Part shown: positions 18,598 to 27,723 of the stretch, piece by piece
Position numbering within the stretch: position 1 is the first letter of the stretch
Layout of the letters: each line of letters starts with the position of its first letter
DNA from: a virus
Length of the DNA stretch: 64,000 nt
Virus record (IMG/VR): IMGVR_UViG_2917587430_000001
Coordinates: 25,228 to 89,227 of that record
Strand: one strand, 5' to 3'
Position numbers and translations under genes: made by a program
The notes under the pieces: model-generated
The model's input: only the letters and a program-made list of their open reading frames with translations
The model's database searches: none
Told to the model about the DNA's origin: nothing

Positions 18598-18683
18598 ACC
18601 TAACGGCAGAGTTGAACGGCGGCAACCAACTTCTGCATCATAAACGATCGCCCCTGCTCCGCCGTTCCAACGCAGTGTTCGAC
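18598..18683 (-). other. attC site
   Basis: GTCGAAC-ACTGCGTTGGAACGGCGG...GCCGCCGTTCAACTCTGCC-GTTAGGT. Confidence 0.9.
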
Positions 18684-18786
18684 CATATTCAACAGGTTTG
18701 AGTTGATTTTACTTGCTTTCACTGATTGGTGTTCTTACAGAATTGGGTAGAGTTTTAAGCATAATTCAGTAGCAGGATTAACATCA

Positions 18787-19389
18787 ATGCCTCGTGTCAA
18801 ATGGTTGCTTCTAGGGCTATCTGGTCTCCTGTTAATTGGGTGTTGGCAGATGACTAACACCAATTATGGAAGATTGGAAGCTTTACTTGCTGCCCATCAG
18901 TGGCAGGAAGCTGACCAGCAGACGACTGATATCATCTTGAGAGAGTCTAATTGGGGAATCTCCACCTGGAAGATGTGGGGAGTCGCCCTACTATCAGGCA
19001 AGCTCACGGGTTGGTATGAACCCATCAAACAGTATCCCTGTCATGACCTCGAAATACTTGACAATCTCTGGTTAAAGCACAGTGATGGGCGATTTGGGCT
19101 GAGTGTTCAGCAGCAGATCTTTAAACGTATTGCTACACAATCTAACGATGAGTTTAGAACCTATGATGCCTTTATGGATGAGGTGGCTTGGGATCAACCT
19201 GATCGTTCAAGCAGCACCCCCATCGGGCATTTTCCATCAGAGGATTGGGTTCAAGCTACAACTTACGGTAAAGGAGAACCTTGGATGCTCAGTGCAGTGT
19301 ATATGTACGATCGCATCGAAGAATGCCAGATATCTCAGCCATCTTCGATGAGTCAAACAGATAATGCTAGTAAACCGCCCCAGAGATAA
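18787..19389 (+). CDS. Gene cassette (inverted): GUN4-domain lipoprotein
   Basis: LAAHQWQEADQQT...PCHDLEILDNLWLKHSDGRFGLSVQQQIF...W...PIGHFP; lipobox-like LLIGC. Confidence 0.85.
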   Translation: MPRVKWLLLGLSGLLLIGCWQMTNTNYGRLEALLAAHQWQEADQQTTDIILRESNWGISTWKMWGVALLSGKLTGWYEPIKQYPCHDLEILDNLWLKHSDGRFGLSVQQQIFKRIATQSNDEFRTYDAFMDEVAWDQPDRSSSTPIGHFPSEDWVQATTYGKGEPWMLSAVYMYDRIEECQISQPSSMSQTDNASKPPQR

Positions 19390-19396
19390 CCTTGCG

Positions 19397-19735
19397 GTCG
19401 AACTATTAATTAGACGGAACGATTCTGCCGATCCACCCAGCTTCGGAGAATAGGCAGAATAATTCTGTATATCACTCCAAAACAGGTGGATCGACAGAAT
19501 GATTCTACATAATAGACTGATTTGGGTGGATCTGCAGAATCGTTCCAAATGGAATCAATTCAGTGGAATACAGACCACGAACGTAGGCAAACCTGAAAAC
19601 CTAAGTCTGGGTAAGGGGAGGTCTGGCAGGGTTAAAGCAACTGAACCGTCATTTGCCTGCAAGAAGCACTTGAAGCTTCAGTCTCAGTGGAAAACTTTAG
19701 ATGACTCGACAACTGAAATCAAGGTACGCGCTCGC
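19397..19735 (-). repeat. attI-platform repeat, copy B, with attI-like site at 19397-19415
   Basis: Near-identical to 33225-33552; ends GTCTAAT-TAATA-GTTCGAC. Confidence 0.85.
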
Positions 19736-19739
19736 CCCC

Positions 19740-20234
19740 TCAACCAAATCCTTTTTTCTTATTCTTGCCCCTACCCTTCTTCTTAAAATCAATCGTCTCA
19801 AACGGAGCTGCTCCTAAACTCGGCTTCTGCCAGCCGTCCAGATCCCAAATCTTATAGAACGGAGTATGCTCAATGTCCAGACGTTGGCTGATGGCTTGAG
19901 TTAAAGCTTCCAGGTTCTGAAACATTAAACCTGCGATGTCACGTAGAGAATAAGCCAGATGAATGCTAGCCTCTGACCGCTCCGGCTCTGCTGACTTGGC
20001 ACGGAACCTAAACCCTTGCTCCTCAATTGAGATCATTGACCACTTAGGGAAGTTCAGTTTGAACTCTGCATGAGTGGATGAAGCCAGCCCATAAAAAGCA
20101 GCGATGCCATACTTCTTACAAATCGCATCAATCTCGGCGGCAGCTTCTTTGAGTTTGGGATCTGACTGAGGAAGATTCTCCAATGGGTCACTCATCATCA
20201 CTCCTCGAGTCTTTAACTTGGCGAACTGCATCAT
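19740..20234 (-). CDS. Hypothetical protein
   Basis: ORF; the start may be ~20198. Confidence 0.55.
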   Translation of the reverse strand: MMQFAKLKTRGVMMSDPLENLPQSDPKLKEAAAEIDAICKKYGIAAFYGLASSTHAEFKLNFPKWSMISIEEQGFRFRAKSAEPERSEASIHLAYSLRDIAGLMFQNLEALTQAISQRLDIEHTPFYKIWDLDGWQKPSLGAAPFETIDFKKKGRGKNKKKGFG

Positions 20235-20505
20235 TAAAAATTTCAGTTCCAGTTCGGGGGAAACTCATTTCTTGAAGTGGAAACCAGCCTGACCACTTTG
20301 CCTCTAAACTGGCAAGCTGTGACGGGATTGCATCAGGATGCTCGGCGAGAAACAGAATGTGCTTAGTTGCAGCCTGCCACGCGACCTGAATAGCCGGTGG
20401 TAAGTCCTCCCAGTTGGGCATCGTCTCCCCCCGATAGTTTTTGTTTCCAACGCTGTGCCCATAGGCGCGATAGGCACTAGCTGCAATGATTGAATCTTGG
20501 CTCAT
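20188..20505 (-). CDS. Hypothetical protein
   Basis: AYRAYG...MPNWEDLPPAIQVAWQAA motif seen in small phage proteins. Confidence 0.55.
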   Translation of the reverse strand: MSQDSIIAASAYRAYGHSVGNKNYRGETMPNWEDLPPAIQVAWQAATKHILFLAEHPDAIPSQLASLEAKWSGWFPLQEMSFPRTGTEIFNDAVRQVKDSRSDDE

Positions 20506-20548
20506 AGTGAGTGCGGGAATTTTATGGTGCTACTTCTTTCTAGCGCAC

Positions 20549-21163
20549 ATGAGCATTTTATTTCCCATTCATGAGACGTTTCAGCAGACTCTTCAGGGGG
20601 AAGGGTTTTGGGCTGGAACACCAGTTGATTTCATTCGGCTATCTGGCTGCCCTGTGTCATGCCACTTTTGCGATACAGGTTATGCCGATGGCGGCAAAGA
20701 TACCCCCCGAACCATGCGATCGCTCGACGAATTAATCGCTGAGCTAAAATCCCCGTTTGTGGTGATTTCTGGTGGTGAACCCTTCATCCATTCCAACCTG
20801 CCGGAGCTGGTCAAAGCCCTCGAGTTCAACGGTAAACGAGTGGCGATCGAAACCTCTGGAGCATTCTGGCAAGAGCTGCCCGAGTCAGTTTGGGTTACGG
20901 TTTCACCCAAGGAACACATCAGCCCTAAATATCCAGTTGATGAGCGCTGGTGGCGACGTGCCAACGAAATTAAGTTAGTCATTTCCAGTGGTCAGGAAGT
21001 GTGGTTCTACCGTCCCAAATTGGCTAAAACCACTTGCTCTATCTTCCTCCAGCCGGAGTGGGGCGATCGCGAGAAAACCTTGCCGCTGGTAATGGATTTG
21101 CTCCAGCGCTACACCAACTGTCGCCTCAGCCTACAACTTCACAAGTTTCTCGGAATTCAATAA
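20549..21163 (+). CDS. queE: 7-carboxy-7-deazaguanine synthase (radical SAM)
   Basis: ETFQQTLQGEG...FIRLSGCPVSCHFCDT (CxxxCxxC), ISGGEP, IETSG, TVSPK, LQPEW, SLQLHK. Confidence 0.93.
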   Translation: MSILFPIHETFQQTLQGEGFWAGTPVDFIRLSGCPVSCHFCDTGYADGGKDTPRTMRSLDELIAELKSPFVVISGGEPFIHSNLPELVKALEFNGKRVAIETSGAFWQELPESVWVTVSPKEHISPKYPVDERWWRRANEIKLVISSGQEVWFYRPKLAKTTCSIFLQPEWGDREKTLPLVMDLLQRYTNCRLSLQLHKFLGIQ

Positions 21164-21615
21164 TGAACCCCCAATTTCACTACCCAAAGCATCTACAGGG
21201 CACTGCTGCACCTTATCTGGAGGCGATCGCCTCAACCCAAGGCAGAGTACCAACCACGTTCCAATACCAGATCAGCACAGCCATTCGCCGCAAACACTGC
21301 AATCCGCCGATCTGGACTGACACTCACTTTCATAACTTCCAAATCACACTTCATCTCCAGGCAGTTCGGGGGGTGAGTGCGATGTATGGCATCGACATGA
21401 TTGAAGTTGAAATGCTGCTGAAGGCATGGGCAGAAGCATTGCCTGAAGTGGTCAATGAACACCCGCTCTGCATTGGCGGAACGACTGAGGATCTGTGCCT
21501 CTATTTTGCTCGAATCGAGCTAGACCCTCACATTCAACTGCTGCGCGTAGACGTGGCAGAAACCCCAGAACGTATTACCAGCCTTCCAATACTGCAAACG
21601 ACCTCTCTTAACTGA
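21163..21615 (+). CDS. Divergent QueD-like (T-fold) protein
   Basis: HCNP...HFHNFQIT, GIDM, TTEDL and VAETP parallel the QueD motifs HGHNY/IDF/PTxEN/ETP; translationally coupled to queE. Confidence 0.65.
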   Translation: MNPQFHYPKHLQGTAAPYLEAIASTQGRVPTTFQYQISTAIRRKHCNPPIWTDTHFHNFQITLHLQAVRGVSAMYGIDMIEVEMLLKAWAEALPEVVNEHPLCIGGTTEDLCLYFARIELDPHIQLLRVDVAETPERITSLPILQTTSLN

Positions 21616-21766
21616 GGGAACGTTACCGCAGATTTAGCATCTACTGCGAGGTTCGACAAGTGATTGAATTCAAAACCCTAACGGCAGGGGTGATTTTGGG
21701 CGCTATCTTTGCGATCGCCCATCTGCCAACTCCCGTTCCCTTCACAGTGGCAGGGAGGCTCTAGTA

Positions 21767-22645
21767 GTGGCTAAGAAGTTTTTGCCTACAGTGGTCTGGG
21801 TGCCAATCGACCAGATCACACCCTATATCCACAACAACAAACAGCACCCACAGAGCCAGATTGATAAGCTGGCGAGCTGCATCATTGAGTATGGTTTTGA
21901 TGTGCCCATCGTCGTGGATGAGGATAACGTCATTCTCAAAGGGCACGGGCGACGGATGGCAGCGCTGAAGCTGGGGCTAACTGAAGTTCCGGTGATTAAG
22001 CGAACTGACCTTACGCCAGCGCAAAAGAAAGCCTGCCGCATTGCTGACAATAAGGTTGCAGAATCCCCTTGGGATTTTGAGGCGTTGAAGTTGGAGATGG
22101 CAGCGCTGGATGAAATGAACTTTGATCTGCAGATGACAGGCTTCAGTCTGGAGGAATGCAGCAGTCTGTTTGACTTGGGAGTGATAGACTTCCAGGGCAA
22201 ACAAATCTTTGGTGAGGATGGGCCACCAACACCCCCCGAACCAGACACATCGCATGAGCTAGATGAGGGGCGATCGCCACAGTTCAGCAGGCAAGACGCT
22301 CACGACGACGATGATCAGTCAGAGCTGGAGCGATCGGACGGCTCATTGCTGGAACTGGTAGAGATTGTGATCGCAGAGCCACGCCACCAGGTTCAACGAG
22401 GTCAGGTCTGGCAGCTTGGCAACCATGTCCTGGTAGTCGCCGATGTCCTCACTGGCTGGCAGTCCTGGAAAGATTACCTCTCCGGCGATGCCATCTTTGC
22501 CCCATATCCTGGTCCGTTCGTGCCACTAACCGTCAAGGGTGAGGAACGACGGCTGGTGATGGTGCAGCCAGACGAGTACATTGCTGGGCACATCCTTGAC
22601 CAATATGAGAACGTCAAGGGGGCTGGTAGTGTCCAGCGGGGTTAA
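21767..22645 (+). CDS. ParB/Srx N-terminal domain protein
   Basis: ITPYIHNNKQH...IDKLASCIIEYGFDVPIVVDEDNVILKGHGRRMAALKLG...RIADNK. Confidence 0.85.
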   Translation: MAKKFLPTVVWVPIDQITPYIHNNKQHPQSQIDKLASCIIEYGFDVPIVVDEDNVILKGHGRRMAALKLGLTEVPVIKRTDLTPAQKKACRIADNKVAESPWDFEALKLEMAALDEMNFDLQMTGFSLEECSSLFDLGVIDFQGKQIFGEDGPPTPPEPDTSHELDEGRSPQFSRQDAHDDDDQSELERSDGSLLELVEIVIAEPRHQVQRGQVWQLGNHVLVVADVLTGWQSWKDYLSGDAIFAPYPGPFVPLTVKGEERRLVMVQPDEYIAGHILDQYENVKGAGSVQRG

Positions 22646-23567
22646 GCGCACCGGTGGGGGAACCTTTGACCCTGCTGAGGAGAATGTTTATTTTCTGGCA
22701 TCTGGAGTAGGACGGCTGGCGATCGCCGAGCCGGTCTATGACCACTTGCTGATTGCTGTGAACGAGCTGGAGGGTGAAGGAGCTCTCCAGCAGATTGAGC
22801 AGTGGTGTGACAGCGGCAAAAAGCTGTTCATCGACTCCGGCATCTTTCACCTGACCCAAGAGCACGCCAAGGCACACCGCTGCTCAATGGATCAGGCACT
22901 TGCCATGCCACCCGACGAGATTGACGGCTTCAAAGAACTGTTGGAGCGCTACGTCGAAATCTACAGGCGACTGGGAGATAAGTGCTGGGGCTTTATTGAG
23001 CTAGACCAGGGCGGACGGGAGAACAAGATTAAGACCAGGGCAATGCTGGAGGAGATGGGCTGCAAACCCATTCCGGTCTATCACCCATTCAACGATGGTT
23101 GGGACTACTTTGACTACCTTGCTGAGCGCTATGACCGCATCTGTTTCGGCAACGTGGTGCAGGCTGATCGGGAGACTCGGAAACGGTTTGTCGCCACTGC
23201 CTGGGAACGACACCGCAAGTATCCTCACCTCTGGATTCATCTGCTGGGGCTGACCCCAAACGAATGGCTCAACGCGATGCCAATCAACTCCGGCGACTCC
23301 TCAAGCTGGCTCTCCTGCGTTCGCTGGTCAAGTGGCTATCGGGAGCGCTGCGCGGGCAAAGCTCTCGGAGACATGCCCCGAAACTTCATGTATGCCTACG
23401 GTGCGGATAAGGACAGTCCCAGAGGCAATAACAAGGCTGTAGCGGCAGCCGCCTATGGGTCATTCATGCAGCAACGTAACTGGCGATCGCATCTCAACAG
23501 CTTAAAGAAACTGGGTTGTCAGATTTACCCCAACCCAGTCTCAGAGCAGCCCCCTACTACTGATTAG
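22581..23567 (+). CDS. DpdA/TGT-like guanine transglycosylase (true start probably a little downstream)
   Basis: FIDSG, IPVYH, HLLG and DSSSW motifs of phage TGT-like TIM barrels; adjacent to que genes. Confidence 0.7.
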   Translation: MLGTSLTNMRTSRGLVVSSGVKRTGGGTFDPAEENVYFLASGVGRLAIAEPVYDHLLIAVNELEGEGALQQIEQWCDSGKKLFIDSGIFHLTQEHAKAHRCSMDQALAMPPDEIDGFKELLERYVEIYRRLGDKCWGFIELDQGGRENKIKTRAMLEEMGCKPIPVYHPFNDGWDYFDYLAERYDRICFGNVVQADRETRKRFVATAWERHRKYPHLWIHLLGLTPNEWLNAMPINSGDSSSWLSCVRWSSGYRERCAGKALGDMPRNFMYAYGADKDSPRGNNKAVAAAAYGSFMQQRNWRSHLNSLKKLGCQIYPNPVSEQPPTTD

Positions 23568-23609
23568 TATGGCTCGACATCAATGCTGAAAGTTGTGCAA
23601 AGGCAGTTA

Positions 23610-24086
23610 TTATTCGTACTCTTGCTCACTGTATCTGAACTCAAATATGCGTTTAGCAATTAATTGCATTTTGAGATCAGCTCCCAGATAGTCTCCGCCT
23701 CGGACATCTTGAGAGTTTGCCGTTCCCTGAACATCACTTATCCAGTCCAGCCCCCGTCGATGATTGAATGAATACCAGCTAGAAATTTGTAAGTCCACTG
23801 CATTTTGAAACTGAGCAGATAAAACATTCAGCTCTTGAACATTAGATGCATCAGTTTCTACTTCAACGGACAAAGTTATACGTTGAGTAACTAAGATTCG
23901 CTCGGGGACAGATTGTCCACTAATCTTGCTAACCATCTCCCCCAACTTAAAGTTGATCTTCAGCGCTTTGCCAGTCAACTGAAATCGACTTTGATAACGT
24001 TCGTGTTGCAACGCCCTTTCAAGTCGTGGAATTAATCCAGCATCACCATCAAGCAAAAGTTTACGGACTGTTAGTTGCTCAGCCAT
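23610..24086 (-). CDS. Hypothetical protein, possibly tail-completion-like
   Basis: Length and beta-strand pattern only. Confidence 0.4.
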   Translation of the reverse strand: MAEQLTVRKLLLDGDAGLIPRLERALQHERYQSRFQLTGKALKINFKLGEMVSKISGQSVPERILVTQRITLSVEVETDASNVQELNVLSAQFQNAVDLQISSWYSFNHRRGLDWISDVQGTANSQDVRGGDYLGADLKMQLIAKRIFEFRYSEQEYE

Positions 24087-24388
24087 TGCCTTGCTCTTTC
24101 AAAACATCTTTCTGCTGTCCGCATTGTATCTACAAGACGATCGTCTAGAGAGGTTTGGTCTTTGCCACCTCGTTAAACGAGACTTGCCCTCGCGAACCGA
24201 CAAAACTCACACAAAAAAACGTGCGATCGCCTGTCGGTTTTAGTTAACAAATTAGGGGTAAAACGACCCATTAGGCAAAACGCTTACCTGTTTACAAATC
24301 AGGGCGAATTCGACAAATCGTTTACCTAGCACATGCATGTCAACACCCTGCCGCAAAGGGAACACTCGCTCAAACATCTGAACTCATC

Positions 24389-24754
24389 ATGATTGCAACT
24401 ACTACTGTTCCAACCGTCTCAATGACCACAGCGATCGCCCGCTTCCAGGTTCCCGGTTTCCATTGCTGGGCTGGGGCAAGTGGCGATCGCCAATACTTGG
24501 CTGACCGTCACCGTCACCTGTTTCATATCGAAGCTCGAATTGAATTATTTGGAGATGATCGGGAAGTCGAGTTTCACGACTTCTTGGACTTCTGCCGCGC
24601 TAACTTCCCAGGTGGAGAGATGGGAGGTCAGAGCTGTGAGCAGATGGCTGAGGATTTAATTGAGAAGATTGGCGATCGCTACCCAGGAAGATGGATTCAA
24701 GTGTCTGTTTTTGAAGATGGGGAAGTTGGGGCTGAAGTTAGCCAGTTGCCGTAG
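24389..24754 (+). CDS. Second, phage-type QueD-like T-fold protein
   Basis: GFHCW...YLADRHRHLFHIEARI...DREVEFH...SCEQMA...VSVFEDGEVGA. Confidence 0.7.
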   Translation: MIATTTVPTVSMTTAIARFQVPGFHCWAGASGDRQYLADRHRHLFHIEARIELFGDDREVEFHDFLDFCRANFPGGEMGGQSCEQMAEDLIEKIGDRYPGRWIQVSVFEDGEVGAEVSQLP

Positions 24755-24989
24755 GCAACCAGGTTTCATCAAAGAACTGACTTTGAGAAATCGGCTCTAA
24801 GCTCTTTCCCCAAACTCCAGCAGAAAACTTGCACTCACTAAGATCAGCATTCCGCAATTGCTGTATCACTTGCGATCGCTCACCTTGGAAGTCTGGCATC
24901 TGTTCACCAACGGCATTGAACACTGCCACCATGCCGTTGGTGAACAAAATTACTTCTTTGGGCGCGTTATCTGCGATCGGGTTGGTCAT
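24738..24989 (-). CDS. Hypothetical protein
   Basis: VILFTNGMVAVFNAVGEQMPDFQG motif. Confidence 0.55.
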   Translation of the reverse strand: MTNPIADNAPKEVILFTNGMVAVFNAVGEQMPDFQGERSQVIQQLRNADLSECKFSAGVWGKSLEPISQSQFFDETWLPTATG

Positions 24990-25237
24990 TCTACCTCTTC
25001 AGCACGCTTAATTGCTCGCAAGCTTTTCAAGCCTTCGATTGCACCTGTTAAACCTTCAACTGTGTTTCTAATCACCTCTCCACCTTGAGCGCCTTGCGCT
25101 TCAGATTGCAAAACACTGATTAATTGCTTTTGCTGCTCAATTAGTTGAGAGATTGAGATTTCAGGAGTTGCCATCGAATTACCAAGGTAGACTAAGGACA
25201 ATTTAACTTGGAAAACTTGGATTAGGGGCGATCGCAT
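24986..25237 (-). CDS. Hypothetical coiled-coil protein
   Basis: Operon gene; start uncertain. Confidence 0.4.
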   Translation of the reverse strand: MRSPLIQVFQVKLSLVYLGNSMATPEISISQLIEQQKQLISVLQSEAQGAQGGEVIRNTVEGLTGAIEGLKSLRAIKRAEEVE

Positions 25238-25309
25238 CTAATCAACAGTAGCAAAACTGATTTAACGTTACTTCTAGATAGTTAAAACAAGTCAAATTTC
25301 AAGAGGGCG

Positions 25310-25669
25310 ATGTTTATGAGTTTATCTAATGCATTACCTACAGAAGCTCGACCCAGAGTATACGTTTGGACAATATTGATTTGCATTAACGAAACCATAG
25401 GTTACGGCGCTTTCTCTACTGTCATGCCATACCCTCCAACTAAAGGAAATACTATTGAGTTTCGTGACACTCCAGAAGGAAACTTTTCGGGGACTATTTT
25501 CGATGTTGAGGAAGTAGTCAAATTTCAATCCTGTGAGACAGAACAACTAGACCCTAGTTTTGAGATTAGAAAAGCAATTGAAGTTTTACCCTCAGCAATT
25601 CAATTTCGAGTCTTCGTTGAGGTGAAATTCTCAAGTGAATTAACCAAGCAGGGAATTCCTAAGCTTTAG
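25310..25669 (+). CDS. AT-rich accessory hypothetical protein
   Basis: Opposite strand to its neighbours; HIP1 at 25228 and 25738. Confidence 0.5.
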   Translation: MFMSLSNALPTEARPRVYVWTILICINETIGYGAFSTVMPYPPTKGNTIEFRDTPEGNFSGTIFDVEEVVKFQSCETEQLDPSFEIRKAIEVLPSAIQFRVFVEVKFSSELTKQGIPKL

Positions 25670-25744
25670 AAACCCTCTAGCTTTTAACTCTTTCTCAACT
25701 GCTTCTCTGATTAAAGCTTGAGCCTCAATTGAAGAGAGCGATCG

Positions 25745-26053
25745 CTAAACTTCATCTGCATCTGGCTCTTGCGGCTGCAACTTGCCTAGAGCAATAAGAT
25801 GCGCCTCTACCGCTTCTCTAATTAGTCGGTGGCGTTCCTCCGAGTTCATTGCATCCAAGACTGCGTAAACATCTTCTGGATAGCGAGTGCTGACAACTTT
25901 TTTGCTCAGCAATCGTCCCAGGCGATCGCGCCTAGTATTTAACCGCTCTTTCCCAGGGGCACCAGCACCGGGGCGAACGCCGCCATGTCCATCTTTTTTG
26001 GTTCGTTTGACCATTCGACTGCCGAGTCTACGGCTAGGCACATACAGTTTCAT
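25745..26053 (-). CDS. Small DNA-binding (RHH-like) protein
   Basis: HGGVRPGAGAPG AT-hook-like motif, followed by VSTRYPEDVYAVL...LIREAV. Confidence 0.5.
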   Translation of the reverse strand: MKLYVPSRRLGSRMVKRTKKDGHGGVRPGAGAPGKERLNTRRDRLGRLLSKKVVSTRYPEDVYAVLDAMNSEERHRLIREAVEAHLIALGKLQPQEPDADEV

Positions 26054-26111
26054 CTACTGCCTCATGGTATCAAGTGTAGTGTCAACACTAAACAAAATTG
26101 GCAAAATGCTT

Positions 26112-26372
26112 TCATGCACGACTGTTCCACCAATCTATTAGAGATTTTGGATCATCCATGCTGTTTGCAACATTGCATGAACAACAGAAGATTGAATAGA
26201 GATGATATGGCTGGCTAACTTCCACTCCCTTGAGATGAATAGAGGTTTTGATGTCGTCACTTCCACAGAACGGGCAGAGCTTCAGTGTCTCGGATTCAAG
26301 AAGTTCATACAAAACATCGTCCTGCTGGGATATCGATTCAAAAGGAATTTCTCTGCTCATAATCACTCCCAT
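26112..26372 (-). CDS. Lar-family restriction alleviation protein
   Basis: LKLCPFCGS...IFCCSCN...LIDWWNSRA. Confidence 0.8.
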   Translation of the reverse strand: MGVIMSREIPFESISQQDDVLYELLESETLKLCPFCGSDDIKTSIHLKGVEVSQPYHLYSIFCCSCNVANSMDDPKSLIDWWNSRA

Positions 26373-26737
26373 TCGATAAGAACTCCCTCGAAGGGAAGTG
26401 TATAGCTAGGACTCATGCTGTCGGCTCCGTAGAAGAACTTTTGGAACTCTTCCAAACTTGCAAATCCATCGGCGATCGCCAGCTCCGTCTGTTGCTCCAC
26501 AGTCAAGGGCTGACCGCCTAACTCAACAGAGCCTCTATCAATTTTGATTGGAGTTACGCAGGTGCAGATTGGATCAGGTGCCCACAATTTGCGGCAGTGG
26601 CGCGTTCTCATGCCCGTGTAAAGCTGTAGCGCTTCTCCTGGTCTGGGGTTGCGCTTGCGGTTGGGTCTGATGGTTTGACGTTTAAAGCGAGTTTCGATCG
26701 GGTCAACGAATCGAGCTTTGAAGTTATAGGCGACCAT
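26363..26737 (-). CDS. ASCH/PUA-like phage protein
   Basis: NFKARFVDPI...KRQTIR...PGEALQLYTGMR...LAIADGF. Confidence 0.7.
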   Translation of the reverse strand: MVAYNFKARFVDPIETRFKRQTIRPNRKRNPRPGEALQLYTGMRTRHCRKLWAPDPICTCVTPIKIDRGSVELGGQPLTVEQQTELAIADGFASLEEFQKFFYGADSMSPSYTLPFEGVLIEWE

Positions 26738-26816
26738 TTTTTAAGCCTCAAAGGAAGCGATCGCCACTCCTCATTGAAGTGGCGATCGCTGTATCAGAAG
26801 TTAGTTAGCAAACATC

Positions 26817-27074
26817 TCACTCACCACATGAACATGGGTTAGGGCTGTCCACGTAACCAAAAGCGAAATGTTGTCCCGGCGAGTAGTGTTGAATTTGCCC
26901 TTTGTCATCGCAAGGTAATTCTTTTAGCTTTGCAACGTAGCCAGCAAGGTAATACCGATTATTGAATCGGGGGAGCTGGGCAAATGCTGCATCGTTCGAC
27001 CCATCTAGATAGAGTTTCAGGGCGATCGCATTCGGCTTCTTGCACGGTTGCGCTGATTGATTGGTCTGTATCAT
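26817..27074 (-). CDS. Hypothetical protein
   Basis: ORF in operon. Confidence 0.45.
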   Translation of the reverse strand: MIQTNQSAQPCKKPNAIALKLYLDGSNDAAFAQLPRFNNRYYLAGYVAKLKELPCDDKGQIQHYSPGQHFAFGYVDSPNPCSCGE

Positions 27075-27149
27075 GATGATGAAAGCTCCATCGCTAGGTG
27101 GTATACCCCTGCTCTTCCGCCAAGAATCAGCAGGGGTTAAACATTTGAA

Positions 27150-27698
27150 TTAATGAACGTAAACGCCAACAAGCTGCTGCATGAACTGCTGTTGGCGTTT
27201 TGCCTTGCTGCCCATCCAGAGGCTATTGAGCTGGGTTTCAGCCTGAGTCTTCTTGCCTTCCCAGTTGAAATATTCAGTGACCGAGTTGAGCAGTCCCCAG
27301 GCTGTGTTGTAGGCACTGTTGAGTGAAGCGCCTTTCGCTTCACCCTGGAAAAGTCTCAGGCAGGTCTGGATAAGCGCAGGCTGGTTCTGCACTGGTTTAG
27401 TCGGATCACCAAAGGCGCTAATTAGGTGCAAGGTTGCCTCTTCGACGGTGATAATCGTCTCTGCCAGTTGCTCTGACTGAGTTTCAAACTCACGGAAGTT
27501 GCTTTTGGCAGACTCCAATACCTCGGTGACGCGATCGCTATTCCACTCGTTAACGTGGGAGATCACTTTGCCATTCAAGCGAACCGGGACGGTCAGACCA
27601 TTGCCGCAGATGTTTCGCAGGGTCATCAGGTCAACGCGATGACCTTTGCCTTGCTCATGGAATCCAGTCAGCAGAATTTTGCCGTAGACCTCTGCCAG
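27150..27698 (-). pseudogene. 5'-truncated DUF932/DUF945-like phage protein
   Basis: Open frame LAEVYGKILLTGFH...LRNICGNGL...TAWGLLNSVTEY...LWMG; the N-terminal half is missing, directly downstream of tnpB. Confidence 0.65.
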
Positions 27699-27723
27699 CT
27701 AGCTACCTTCCCAAAAGATTGGA

